A DNA stretch of 64,000 nucleotides, from positions 467,929 to 531,928 of the forward strand of contig JAKQDQ010000178.1 in the NCBI GenBank assembly GCA_029573725.1. Direction: 5' to 3'. Shown in pieces: positions 20,171-30,700 of the stretch. The translations under genes and the position numbers were made by a program. The stretch's first letter is position 1. Every line of letters starts with the position of its first letter. The stretch comes from Verrucomicrobiota bacterium (GTDB lineage: Bacteria > Verrucomicrobiota > Verrucomicrobiia > Limisphaerales > JADLHS01). The notes below the pieces were generated by a model. That model saw only the letters and a program-made list of their open reading frames with translations. It made no database searches and was not told where the DNA came from.

Positions 20171-20201
20171 AGAGCCGCTCTTCGGAGCGGCTCTTTTTTT
20201 T
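20171..20201 (+). terminator. Rho-independent terminator
   Basis: AGAGCCGCTC (20171-20180), TTCG loop, GAGCGGCTCT (20185-20194), a perfect 10-bp stem. A run of T follows to 20201. It starts 19 nt after the PEP-CTERM stop. Confidence 0.85.
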
Positions 20202-21209
20202 GTGCCTTGAAGGGGCTCCGTTCCACCGCGTCGCAAACCATACGCAAACGGAAAGGCGCGGGAATCAAGGGCAAGGGAATGGGAAATGGCGGAGCATCGC
20301 CGGCGCGGACGGTGGTCGTTCGCGCCCTCGCGCGCGGCCTCGGATTCCGGGAGCTGCAACAGGTGGGACGCGTCACTCCGCGCGCGCCGTCGGCCCATGA
20401 GGGGCTGCGACGTGCCGGGGACGGCCCGCTCCATCCGTCCTCTGCGTTTCGGTTGCTCGGTGGTTCTTCCTTCGCCTGCTTCTGTGGTCTGGCCATTAAA
20501 CCGCCCGGCCACTTTGACGCTGAGGACAATTTCACGTTCCACAGAACTTTGAAGTTTCCTTGAAGACTTGCCCTGCAGTGGGATAATCGTACCGTGAAGT
20601 TGGCGGCGGATGATACGGGGCGGTTGACACGCCTGGAGTTATTTCGATCCACGGCCACGTTTGGCGTTCGCCGGCAACCGGATGGCGCGGTGCGCGGTGC
20701 TGAATTGGTGGAAAACGATATGGCTGTGGTTCAGCCGGTTCAGTCCGCCGACGGGCGGCTCGTTTCTCCAGTTGAAGTTAAGCGGGAAGTCATTCGGGCG
20801 GCATGGCGCGCAGATCGCGAGGCACGATGACGGTTTGCAGGGACAGTTCCGCAATTGTCGCTGTCTGGATTGGTCCGGAAATCCGGATGCGTCTGCATCG
20901 GGCACGCGAGGTAACGCGCACCCATGGCCTGGCCGGGGTTTTCCCGGCGGTTGCCGGAGGCCATTTAACGGTCCGGCCAGATGCCGGTGAAGCGGCGCGG
21001 CGACTGGCTCACGGCAAGGGCAGGCGCGGTGGCCGGGGGCATGATTGCCGGCACGCTGTCGCGACGGACAAGATCCAGGCGACAAAGCGGCTGGCGGTTG
21101 ATCACAGTGATTGCGATGGAATCAGCGCCATGAACATCGAGCAACTTGGTTGGTGACATTCGCCGTCGGATGTCCCTTCATTCAATCCGCAGATGAAACC
21201 TTTCGAACC

Positions 21210-23336
21210 ATGACCGTCAAGCCGGCATTCTATTCCATCTTTGACCGTTCTTTCTGGCGGTTGTCGCTGTTGTTGGTCCTCGGGGTGGCGGCGGCTTACC
21301 TGCCTGCGCTTCAGGCACATTTTGTCAACTTCGACGACACCCGCTACGTGTATGAGAACCGGATCGTCGCGAACGGCTGGACGTGGGAGGGGCTCAAATG
21401 GGCGCTTTCCACTGCGTTCATGGGCAGTTGGCATCCGCTCACGTGGTTCAGTCATTTTACCGACGTGGAATTGTACGGGCTGCGTCCGGCGGGGCATCAC
21501 GCGACCAGCCTGGGGTTGCACGTGATGAACGTGCTGCTGGGTTTTGCGCTGCTGCGGGCGTTGACCGGTGCGCTGTGGCCGAGCGCGGTGGCGGCGGCGG
21601 TGTTTGGGCTGCATCCGTTGCACGTGGAATCGGTGGCCTGGGTGTCGGAACGGAAGGATGTGTTGAGCGCCTTTTTCGGTCTGCTGACGTTGCTGGCGTA
21701 TTGGGGCTACGCGCAGGCCCGGCGGACGGCGGCGGACGGCGCGGCGCGGCGGGCGGAGTCGCCCCGGCTCTGGTATGGGGCGGCGCTGGTGTGTTTTGGG
21801 GCGGGATTGATGAGCAAGCCGATGTTGGTGACGTGGCCCGCGCTGTTGTTGCTGCTGGATTGGTGGCCGTTGCGCCGCCTGGAATGGGTGCGCGGCGCTT
21901 TTCCGTGGCGGGCGGCGGGGCGGCTGGTGGCGGAGAAAATTCCGTTCTTCCTGCTGGTGGGCGGCATGGCCTGGCTGACGTGGCGGACGCAGTTTGAGCA
22001 GCAGGCCATTCAATCCCTGGGCGACTGGCCGTGGTCGGCGCGGGCGGCCAATGCTTTGCACACGTATTTCGTTTATGTGCGCCAGTTTTTCTGGCCGGCG
22101 GGACTGGCCATGTTTTATCCGCTGCGCGTGTGGCCGGCGGGCACATTGATCGTGGCGGGCGTGGTGCTGCTGGGGCTGAGTTTTCTGGCCGTCCGGGCGC
22201 GCCGCGCGCATCCGGAGCTGACGGTGGGCTGGCTCTGGTATCTGGTGGTGCTTTTTCCCGTGTGCGGACTGGCCCAGGCGGGGTTGCAGGCGCATGCGGA
22301 TCGTTACACGTACCTGCCTTCGCTGGGCTGGAGTCTGGCGTTGATCTGGCCGCTGACGGCGGTTTTTAATCGGCGTTCCAAGGGGGCGTATTGGGGGAGG
22401 GTGTTGCTGGGCGGATGGCTGCTGGTCTTGGGCGTGCGCACCTACCAACAGAGCCGGGTCTGGCACGATTCCAAGACCTTGTTCCGTCACGCGCTCGCGG
22501 TGACGACGGGCAATTTCATGGCGCATCAGGGGCTGGGGGAGGAACTGACCCGGGAGGGGCGGGACGCCGAGGCGGAAACGGAATTCCAGACCGCCCTGGC
22601 CCTTTATCCCAAACTGCCCAGCGCCCGGAACAACCTGGCGGTGATTCGTTTGCGGGCGGGGCGGACTGCGGAGGCGCTGGCGCTGTTGCAGCAGGTGCTT
22701 GCCGAGGCGCCCGAACTGCCCATCACGCATTTCAACCTGGCGCAGACCTACGACAAGCTGCAACAACCCGGGGCCGCCGTCCGGGAATATAAATTGTTCC
22801 TGGCGGCCGTGCCGGAGGATGTGGAAGCGCAGGCGGGCCTGACCCAGGCACTCACCCGGGTGCTGGCGCAGACGAATGCGGTGCAGCAGTTGCAGGAACT
22901 GCGCCGGGATTTTCCCGCGGACCGCTCCTTCAGTCTGTTGCTGGCGGAGCAATACCAGGCGGCCGGCGACTTTGCGGCGGCCATCGCCACGTATGAATCC
23001 GTGCTGGCCACGCCGCCGCCCTCGGCGGAAGTCCACAACAACCTGGCCTGGTTGCTGACCATCTGTCCCGAGCCCGGACTGCGCAACGGGGAGCGCGCGG
23101 TGGCCCTGGCGGAACGCGCCTGCGAACTGACCCGCCATCGGCAACCGCTGTTCCTCGGCACCTTGGCCGCAGCTTATGCCGAGGCCGGCCGGTTCGAGGA
23201 CGCGGTGGCCACGGCGCAAAAGGCCATTGATCTGGCCACCGCAGGCGGCCAACCCGACCTGGCGGCGCGCAATGCCGGACTGCAGAAGTTGTATCGCGCC
23301 CATCAACCCTATCACGAACCGGCGCAGGCCCGGTGA
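21210..23336 (+). CDS. Membrane protein with TMTC/PMT-like multi-pass N-domain and C-terminal TPR repeats
   Basis: ORF 21111-23336. ATG 21210 (MTVKPAFYSIF) precedes the first TM helix. N-domain motifs: FVNFDDTRYVYENRIV, WHPLTWFSH, HHATSLGLHVMNVLL. TPR region: AETEFQTALALYPKLPSARNNLAVIRLRAGRTAEALALLQQVL and further repeats. Confidence 0.85.
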   Translation: MTVKPAFYSIFDRSFWRLSLLLVLGVAAAYLPALQAHFVNFDDTRYVYENRIVANGWTWEGLKWALSTAFMGSWHPLTWFSHFTDVELYGLRPAGHHATSLGLHVMNVLLGFALLRALTGALWPSAVAAAVFGLHPLHVESVAWVSERKDVLSAFFGLLTLLAYWGYAQARRTAADGAARRAESPRLWYGAALVCFGAGLMSKPMLVTWPALLLLLDWWPLRRLEWVRGAFPWRAAGRLVAEKIPFFLLVGGMAWLTWRTQFEQQAIQSLGDWPWSARAANALHTYFVYVRQFFWPAGLAMFYPLRVWPAGTLIVAGVVLLGLSFLAVRARRAHPELTVGWLWYLVVLFPVCGLAQAGLQAHADRYTYLPSLGWSLALIWPLTAVFNRRSKGAYWGRVLLGGWLLVLGVRTYQQSRVWHDSKTLFRHALAVTTGNFMAHQGLGEELTREGRDAEAETEFQTALALYPKLPSARNNLAVIRLRAGRTAEALALLQQVLAEAPELPITHFNLAQTYDKLQQPGAAVREYKLFLAAVPEDVEAQAGLTQALTRVLAQTNAVQQLQELRRDFPADRSFSLLLAEQYQAAGDFAAAIATYESVLATPPPSAEVHNNLAWLLTICPEPGLRNGERAVALAERACELTRHRQPLFLGTLAAAYAEAGRFEDAVATAQKAIDLATAGGQPDLAARNAGLQKLYRAHQPYHEPAQAR

Positions 23337-23489
23337 GGCGGAAATTCCCCCGGGGCCGCCCGGGGCAGGAGGCGCGGAGATCATCCGGTGGAATGGCATC
23401 TTTATGTTTGCCGATTTGCGGGAACGGGCTTGGTGACCGGCCCAAACTGGGGTAGGATGGCGGGCGTCAATCTGGAATTCGAGTTGCGT

Positions 23490-26400
23490 ATGTGTCGTCA
23501 TTTTGTGGTTGCGTGTCGTCCAGCCCGGCTGCGGGTCCGCATCGGGCTGTTGTTTTTTGCGGGTCTGCTGCTGCCGCTGGCCGGAGGCGCGAGCCAGCCG
23601 GAGTCCGGCCCGGCGGATCGCTGGGTTGAAGTGTCGGCCGAGGAGATGCTGGCGGCGCAGACGCCGGAGGTTTCCGAGGGGTACGTGCCCCCGGTGTCGG
23701 CGCCGCCTCCGGCCGAAGCCGCGTTGTTTGGCGCTTACGCTTCGTCCGTGCAACAACACCAGGGCGCCTTAAGCGGACGGATTGTTTACATGAACAGCGG
23801 GCACGGCTGGACGTACGATCCGAACTACTGGCGTTTGCAACGCGGGGTGGGCAACGACATGAACGAGGATTACGGCAACCTGGATCAGCTCAATTTTTTT
23901 GCGCAATACTGTTTCAATGCCGGGGCGACGGTGGTTTCGTTCCGACCGCTGGGCCATCAAACCAACGAGGTGATTCTGGACAACGATGATCCGGGCGTGA
24001 CCTTTGCGGGCAGCTGGTCGGACAGCTCGCAAACCGTGTTTTGGGGGTCGGCCGGGGATGTGCCCTACCGGTTCGCCTCGCTCAGCGCGACGGAAACGGC
24101 CACCGCCACCTACACGCCGAACCTGCCCGTCGCCGGTTTTTATCCGGTGTATACCTGGGTGCTGAACGGTTCGGATCGCGGCGATCAGCTCTACCGCATC
24201 CGCCATACCGGCGGGGAGGCGCAGGTGCGCATTCCGCATCACATGGTGGGGAACGGCTGGATTTATCTGGGCGAATACTATTTCAACGCGGGAGCAAATG
24301 CGGCTCTCGGCGCCGTTGTGGTCAGCAATCTGCGCGGGTCGCCGCAGGGGAACGTGGTGATTGCCGATGCCATCCGGTTCGGCAACGGCATGGGGTCGGT
24401 CAACCGCGGCAGCGGCGTCTCGGGCTATCCGCGCGAGGAGGAAAACATGCGCTACTGGGTGCAGGCCAACCTCGGCCAGGGACAGTCCAGCTCGTTGTAC
24501 GACGGGTCCGGCGCGGACGAGAGCGACAGCTGGTCGGCGCCGCCCAAGATGTCGGCGCACATGAACCGCGAGGCGGCCGGGACGGTCCTGGACCGGATTC
24601 ACATCAGCTTCCACTCGAACGCCGGCGGCGGGCGCGGGGTGGTGGGTTTGATCACCGGCACGCCCACGCCTTACCAGAGCGAGCTGGCCTACCTCTGCGG
24701 CAAGGAGGTCAACGACGATCTGGTGGCGCTGGGTTCCCCGCCGCTCGAGTATGCCTGGTACAACCGGGGCAACAGCGTGACCTACACCGGCGCCTACGGG
24801 GAAATCACCGGCAGCTATTTCAACTACGAAATGCCGGCCACCATCATCGAAGTGGCGTTTCACGACAATGCCTCGGACGCGGCGTTGATGCGCGACCCCA
24901 AGGCCCGGGCGGCGGTGGCCCGGGCGTCGTTGCATGCGGTGATCAAGTTCATGCACCAGTACGACACCAACAATCCGGCGCCCCTGGCGTTTCTGCCGGA
25001 ACCGCCCGCGAACGTGCGCGCCGTGGCGACCGGGCCGGGCCAGGCGCAATTGACCTGGGCGCCACCGACCAGCCAGGGCGGCAGCCAGAATGCCACGAAT
25101 TATGTGATCTACCGCTCCACCAACGGCTACGGCTTCGGCAACCCGGTGGCGGTGGGCAACGTCACTTCCACGGTGATTTCCAACCTTTCCGCCGGCGTGG
25201 CGTATTATTTCCGCGTGACGGCCGCCAATGCCGGCGGCGAGTCCATGCCCTCGGAGACGGTGGGATGCCGGACGGCGGTGGACTCCGGGGCGCCCCGGGT
25301 GCTGGTGGTGAACGCGTTTGACCGCCTGGACCGCACGGGCAATCTGCGGCAGGGGGTGGCGGCGCAAAACTGGGGGCGGCCGGGGAATACCGGGAGCATT
25401 GAGCGGGTGTATCCGCGCTGGAACAACGCGTTTGATTACGTGGTGGCGCATGGCCAGGCGATCAGCGCCGCCGGTTGGGCGTTTGATGCGTGCCAGAACG
25501 AAACCGTGGCCAACGGGCAGATCGCCCTGGCCAATTACGCCGTGGTGATCTGGGCGGCCGGCAACCAGGGCACGGCCGAGGAAACATTCAAGAGCATCGA
25601 ACAGAGCCGTCTGATCACCTACTTGAACGCCGGCGGCGCGTTGTTCGCGTCCGGCGCGGACATTGCCTATGACTTGGGCCGGCCCTCCGGGCCCACGGCG
25701 GCAGATCGCAATTTTCTACAAAATCAACTCCGCGCCGGCTTCGGCGCGGACAATTCCGGCAGCTATACCGCCAACGCGACCGCCACGGGGATCTTTGCCG
25801 GTCGCGCCGGCGGTGTATTCGACAACGGCAACAACGGCATTTACTGGGTGAAAGCGCCGGACGTCCTCGTGCCGGCGGCGGGCGCGGTCGCCGCCCTGAA
25901 CTATGCCAATGGATCCGGGGCGGCGGCGGTGCAATACGACGGCGCCAACGGTGGCGGGCGGGTGGTGGTGTTCGGGTTTCCGTTTGAAACCCTCACCAGC
26001 GCCACGCGCCGGAACGAATACATGCAGAACATCCTCAACTTTTTGGGAGTGCCCCCGGTGACGAACGCGCCGCCGGCAGTGGTGGTGGCCCCGACGGGCG
26101 GAAAAGTGGTCATCGGCGGCAGCGCCACGCTGACGGTGGTGGCCAGCGGCACCGCGCCGTTGAGTTATCAGTGGCGGTTGAACGGCGTGAACCTTCCGGG
26201 CGCCACCGGTTCGAGCTACACGCGCAACGGGTTTCAACCGGGACATTCCGGATTTTATGACGTGGTCATCACCAACGCCTGGGGCCAGGTGACGAGCGTG
26301 CCCGTGCTGTGGGAGGCGATGTTGCCCCCGGTGCAGACGTTGTTCAGCGACGACTTTGACATCAACACCATGGGGAATTGGATTCTGAGTAGTAGTTCGG

Positions 26401-27644
26401 CCGACACGCGCGTGACGTTCAATTACAATTACGCGGCCGATGGAATTGCTTCCGCGCCCAATTCAGTCGGCGGCACAACGCGCGGGGTGAAGTTCGAGGC
26501 CAATCTGGCCAACGGCGCGGTGGCGGCGCTGAACATTTCTCCGGTGGGACAGAGTTTTGGCGGCGATTACCGGTTGCATTTTGACATGTGGATCAATGTC
26601 AACGGCCCGTTGCCGGATGGGGGCACGGGTTCAACCGAACATCTCACCGCCGGCGTCGGGACGACGGGCGATCACGTGCAGTGGAGTCCGGGCAGCGCCG
26701 ACGGCGTGTGGTTCGCCGTGGACGGGGAGGGCGGGGCGGCCGATTCGGCGGTGACCGCGAGTGACTGGCAGGCCTACGTGGCCGGCACCGTGCAATTGGC
26801 GGGCAGCGGCGTTTATGCCGGGGGCACGGAAACGGAGGTGCGCGGCAACGGACATCCGTATTACGCCGACACGTTCCCCGGGGGCCAGACGGCGCCGGCC
26901 CTGCAGCAGGCCAATCACCCCCAGCAGACCGGCGCCCTCGCGGTCGGCACGGTGGGCCTGGCCTGGCGCGACGTGATCGTCAACAAAACCGGCAACCAGG
27001 TGGAATGGTGGATTGATGGATTGAAAATCGCCACGGTGCCCGGAGTCAATCTGACCGCCAGCAATGTCTTTATCGGTTATTGGGACGCTTACGCTTCCAT
27101 TTCGGATAATGCCAGTTTGAGCTTTGGCCTGGTGGACAACGTGCGGGTGGAGCGGCTGGTCACCAACGTGCCACCCTACATCACGGCGCCGCCGGTGCCG
27201 GTAGCGGCCGCCACCGGCGCCAACGTCGTCTTCTCTGTCGCGGCCGGCGGCACCCCGCCGTTGACCTATCAATGGCAGTGCAACGGCACCAACATTGCCG
27301 GGGCCAACGCCAGCACCTGCACGCTCCTGAACGTCCAGGCGGCGCAGGCGGGCAATTATGTGGTGGTGGTCACCAATGCGAGCGGCACGGTCAGCAGCAG
27401 TCCCGCCGCCCTGATCCTCACTCCAAGCCTGCCCCTCCACTTCACCGCGTTCCACGCGGACGCGAACGGCCTGCAGTTGCAGATATCCGGCGATCCCGGA
27501 TTTGCGGTGGAGGTGCAAACGTCCACCAACCTGACCGACTGGTCGGTGTTGACCAACCTGGTGAATCCCACGGGGACCTTCTGGTTCACCAATCAGTTTG
27601 ATCCGGCGGTGCCGGAACAATTCTTCCGGATGCGTTATCCCTGA
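23490..27644 (+). CDS. Giant secreted protein: N-acetylmuramoyl-L-alanine amidase (Amidase_3)-like domain + FN3 + Ig-like repeats
   Basis: ORF 23388-27644. ATG 23490 gives the signal peptide MCRHFVVACRPARLRVRIGLLFFAGLLLPLAGGASQ. Amidase_3-like motifs: IVYMNSGHGWTYD, IHISFHSNAGGGRGVVGL, ATIIEVAFHDNASDAALMRD. FN3: NVRAVATGPGQAQLTWAPP..YYFRVTAANAGGES. Two Ig I-set-like repeats: PLSYQWRLNGVNLPGATGSSY and PLTYQWQCNGTNIAGANAS. Confidence 0.85.
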   Translation: MCRHFVVACRPARLRVRIGLLFFAGLLLPLAGGASQPESGPADRWVEVSAEEMLAAQTPEVSEGYVPPVSAPPPAEAALFGAYASSVQQHQGALSGRIVYMNSGHGWTYDPNYWRLQRGVGNDMNEDYGNLDQLNFFAQYCFNAGATVVSFRPLGHQTNEVILDNDDPGVTFAGSWSDSSQTVFWGSAGDVPYRFASLSATETATATYTPNLPVAGFYPVYTWVLNGSDRGDQLYRIRHTGGEAQVRIPHHMVGNGWIYLGEYYFNAGANAALGAVVVSNLRGSPQGNVVIADAIRFGNGMGSVNRGSGVSGYPREEENMRYWVQANLGQGQSSSLYDGSGADESDSWSAPPKMSAHMNREAAGTVLDRIHISFHSNAGGGRGVVGLITGTPTPYQSELAYLCGKEVNDDLVALGSPPLEYAWYNRGNSVTYTGAYGEITGSYFNYEMPATIIEVAFHDNASDAALMRDPKARAAVARASLHAVIKFMHQYDTNNPAPLAFLPEPPANVRAVATGPGQAQLTWAPPTSQGGSQNATNYVIYRSTNGYGFGNPVAVGNVTSTVISNLSAGVAYYFRVTAANAGGESMPSETVGCRTAVDSGAPRVLVVNAFDRLDRTGNLRQGVAAQNWGRPGNTGSIERVYPRWNNAFDYVVAHGQAISAAGWAFDACQNETVANGQIALANYAVVIWAAGNQGTAEETFKSIEQSRLITYLNAGGALFASGADIAYDLGRPSGPTAADRNFLQNQLRAGFGADNSGSYTANATATGIFAGRAGGVFDNGNNGIYWVKAPDVLVPAAGAVAALNYANGSGAAAVQYDGANGGGRVVVFGFPFETLTSATRRNEYMQNILNFLGVPPVTNAPPAVVVAPTGGKVVIGGSATLTVVASGTAPLSYQWRLNGVNLPGATGSSYTRNGFQPGHSGFYDVVITNAWGQVTSVPVLWEAMLPPVQTLFSDDFDINTMGNWILSSSSADTRVTFNYNYAADGIASAPNSVGGTTRGVKFEANLANGAVAALNISPVGQSFGGDYRLHFDMWINVNGPLPDGGTGSTEHLTAGVGTTGDHVQWSPGSADGVWFAVDGEGGAADSAVTASDWQAYVAGTVQLAGSGVYAGGTETEVRGNGHPYYADTFPGGQTAPALQQANHPQQTGALAVGTVGLAWRDVIVNKTGNQVEWWIDGLKIATVPGVNLTASNVFIGYWDAYASISDNASLSFGLVDNVRVERLVTNVPPYITAPPVPVAAATGANVVFSVAAGGTPPLTYQWQCNGTNIAGANASTCTLLNVQAAQAGNYVVVVTNASGTVSSSPAALILTPSLPLHFTAFHADANGLQLQISGDPGFAVEVQTSTNLTDWSVLTNLVNPTGTFWFTNQFDPAVPEQFFRMRYP

Positions 27645-27669
27645 GCGGCCGGCCGCCGCGGGCCCGGCG

Positions 27670-27688
27670 CCGGGGCGTTCATCCCCGG
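27670..27688. terminator. Weak hairpin between convergent genes (possible bidirectional terminator)
   Basis: CCGGGG (27670-27675), 7-nt loop, CCCCGG (27683-27688). It sits in the 57-nt gap between stops at 27644 (+) and 27702 (-). It has only 6 bp and a poor T-tract. Confidence 0.2.
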
Positions 27689-27701
27689 TGCGGTTTCCGG
27701 A

Positions 27702-30700
27702 TCAGGCATGCAGCCGCGCGAGCGCCTGTTGCGCCTGATCCAGCCAGGCGGAATCGGGCAGGGCGTAAGGCCGGAAGGTTTCCGTCCAGCCCTCCTGGCC
27801 GTTGTAGAGCAGGGCGCGGTGCAGGCCCAGCTGGTTGGCGGCGGGTGATTCAATCAGGCTGGCCGAGTCGTTGGCGCTCATTTGGAACACCACGCGCCGT
27901 TCGCACTCACTGACGGCCTTGCGGCTCAGGAAACGCATCACGTTGTTGTAGCTGTCGCAGGTGGCGATCACGTGCAGGCCCAGACCCGCGCCTTCGATGA
28001 TGAGCTGGTTGAACTGCAACCCGGGGTCCGCCGCGGCGCCGGCGTCCAGGGAAAAACTTTTCTCCTCGTCGAACCGCAGCTTTTTCTGGTTTTGCAGCCC
28101 CTGCACGAGCACGAAGATTTCCGGCCCCGCCGCGCCGGGGGCGGCGGCGCGCGCCGCCTGCTCCGCCGCCAGCGCCGCCAGCACCGTTTCCGTTTCGCCG
28201 CCCGCCGGCATGGTGACCTCGTGCGGCAGCGAGCCGGCAATGCGCCGCAACAGGCGGGCTTCGGGGGAATCCGGCGGGCTGGAGGCGAAGATCAGAAAGC
28301 GGGCGCCGGCCTTTGGCAGCTGGGCCGCCAGCGCAATCAAGGCCAGGCCCAGCATGCCGAGCGCGGCTTCCGGGCGCTGGCCGACAATCAGCAGGTGACT
28401 GCCGCTTTGGCGCCGGAACTCGACCGTCGTCGGTCCCTTGATGGAATTGGGGGCGCCCAGCCAGATGGCGGGAACGGGGGCGGCGGGCAGCGCCGGGGCG
28501 GTGAGCAATGCCTGCAGCGCGGGATTATCGGCGACGTTGGCCGGGGCGTTGCCCTCGAAAATGATGGGTTTGGCGGTGACGCCGCGCGCGGCGGCCAGCG
28601 CGGCCACTTTGCCCAGCCATTGGTCGCGCACCGGATCGGGCAGCCAGACGACTTGAAACGGGCTGTTGCCTTGAATCGCGCCGCCCTCGTCGTTATAGAT
28701 GGCTTCGCCGGGGCGCGACAGCAGACGGGGCGCGGGGTTGTCCTCGTTCATGATGAGGCAGGCGTCGGCTTCGTTGCATTGCAGCGCGATGCGGACCACC
28801 ATTTGCCCGATCGTGGCGCGGGCCAGCGTGTAGGCGCCGCCGAGGGTCTGCGACCCGAGCAGCACGTGGATTCCAAACGCGCGGCCCTGGCGCACAATGC
28901 GGTCGAGCAGCAACGCCGCGCCCTGCGCGATGCGGTCGTCCTCCACGAACAATTCCTGGAATTCGTCAATCAACAACAGCACCCGCGGCATCGGTGCGGT
29001 GCCGCCCGCGCTTTTGTAGCCCGCGATGTTTTGCGCGTTCTGTTTGCGGAACAGGTCGCCGCGCCGTTTGAGTTCCTCGTCCACGCGCTGCAGGACGCTG
29101 AGGCCGAATTCGCGGTCGCTCTCGATGGCGATGACCCGCGCCTGCGGCAGATGATGGGTGGCATAGGTTTTGAACTCGACGCCCTTTTTGAAGTCCACCA
29201 GATAAAACTCCACCTGCTCCGGGCCGCACCAGAGCGCGAGGTTGGTGATGATGACATGGAACAGCGTGGATTTGCCGGACCCGGTCTTGCCGGCCACCAG
29301 GCCGTGCTGGCGCGTGCCCTGGCCCAAGGCCAGGTACTGCAGCTTCGTGGCGCCGGTGCGGCCGACGGGCACGCGCAATTCCTGGGTGGTGTCGAGGCTC
29401 CAATACTCGGCGGCGGCCGGCGCGACCTCGTCAAAGGGCATCTCCACCCGATAGGCATCGGTGCTGGCTTGGCCCACTTGCTGCAACAGGCGCGTGGCCA
29501 GCTCGGCATCCGGCGGCTGTTCAAGCGCGAGCTGGACGCCCGGCCAGTCCGCCGGCGCAAGGGCCGGCGGGGCCGCATCCGACGGTGCGCCGGCCAGCGC
29601 GTAACCCTCGCCGCGACTGATCATCCGGATGGCGTGGCGGCGCAGTTCATCGGGCGCCCATTCGACGGGCGCGGTTTTGCGCTGATCCCAGTGCAGCAAC
29701 AGCTGCACCCCGCAGCGCGGGCCGCTGGCGGCAATGCTTTGCAGTTGTTTGGCTGCGATTTCCGTGAAGCCGGTGGGAAAGTCTGCAATCACCAGAAAAT
29801 GGTATTTCTCGGCCAGCCGCCCGGCCTGCGCGTTGTATTCCGCCAGCGAGGGGTATTCGTTGCGGAGGTACATTTGGGTGACCTTTTCGATGTGCTCGTT
29901 CAGCTCCGCCAGCCGCGCTTCAATCTGGGCCGGCTGCGTCCAGATGCGGCTGTGAATGATCCGCGCTTCAAAGTCGGCCAGATGCATCAGGCCCGCGAAA
30001 TTCTGGCCCAGCCCGACCGGATCAATAATGGTGAAGGCCAGCCGCCCCGGGGGCGCACTGGTGAGCAGGCGAAGGATGATGTTGTTCAGCGCCCCCATGA
30101 TCGGGGCCGGGCTGGTCGCCCGGGTTTCAAACAGAAGCGAGGCCTGTTGCGGCACGACCAGTTGCAGCGGCACGCGCAGGGAGCGTGCCGGCAGGGATAT
30201 TTCCCCGGCGAGCGGGATCTCGCAGAAGGATTCGAGTTCCAGCTCGAGCGCCCCAAATGGCACCGCCGGGGGAAAATCCTCCGGCAACACCAGCCGGTGC
30301 CAGGCGTCGGCCGACCAGGGCGGGAAGGCGCTTTGCGTCGCCGCGGCGGCGTGGCACAACGAGCGCCAGATGGGCAGGACCACGGCCTGCCATTGGGTCT
30401 CGACCGCCTGCAATCCGGCGGTGCGCGTTGCCTGACTGCGCGCGAGATTTGCGGCGTATTGACTTTCGCGGGTCTGCTTCGCGCTGGAGGCCTGCGCGTT
30501 TGCGCGGGTGATGGCTTCCGATTTTGCGGCGGCCAGCTCCTGGAGCCGGCGTTGAAGGCGCGCGGCCGTGACCTGGTGCAAGCGCGCGGTCCGCTCGTAT
30601 AGTTGAGCGATGCGTTGCTCCCGGCCCTCCCGGGTCAGGGCATGCGCCTGTTTCCAGGCCTGGTTAATCTGCCGGCTCGCGTCGGCAAAGGTGGATTGGA

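Noticed and set aside
20594-21159. Small ORFs (78 aa on the plus strand; 64 aa and 74 aa on the minus strand) in the 1-kb gap
   Set aside because: They show no motifs, no signal sequences and no coupling to neighbours. They are kept only as a possible decayed gene in the findings list.
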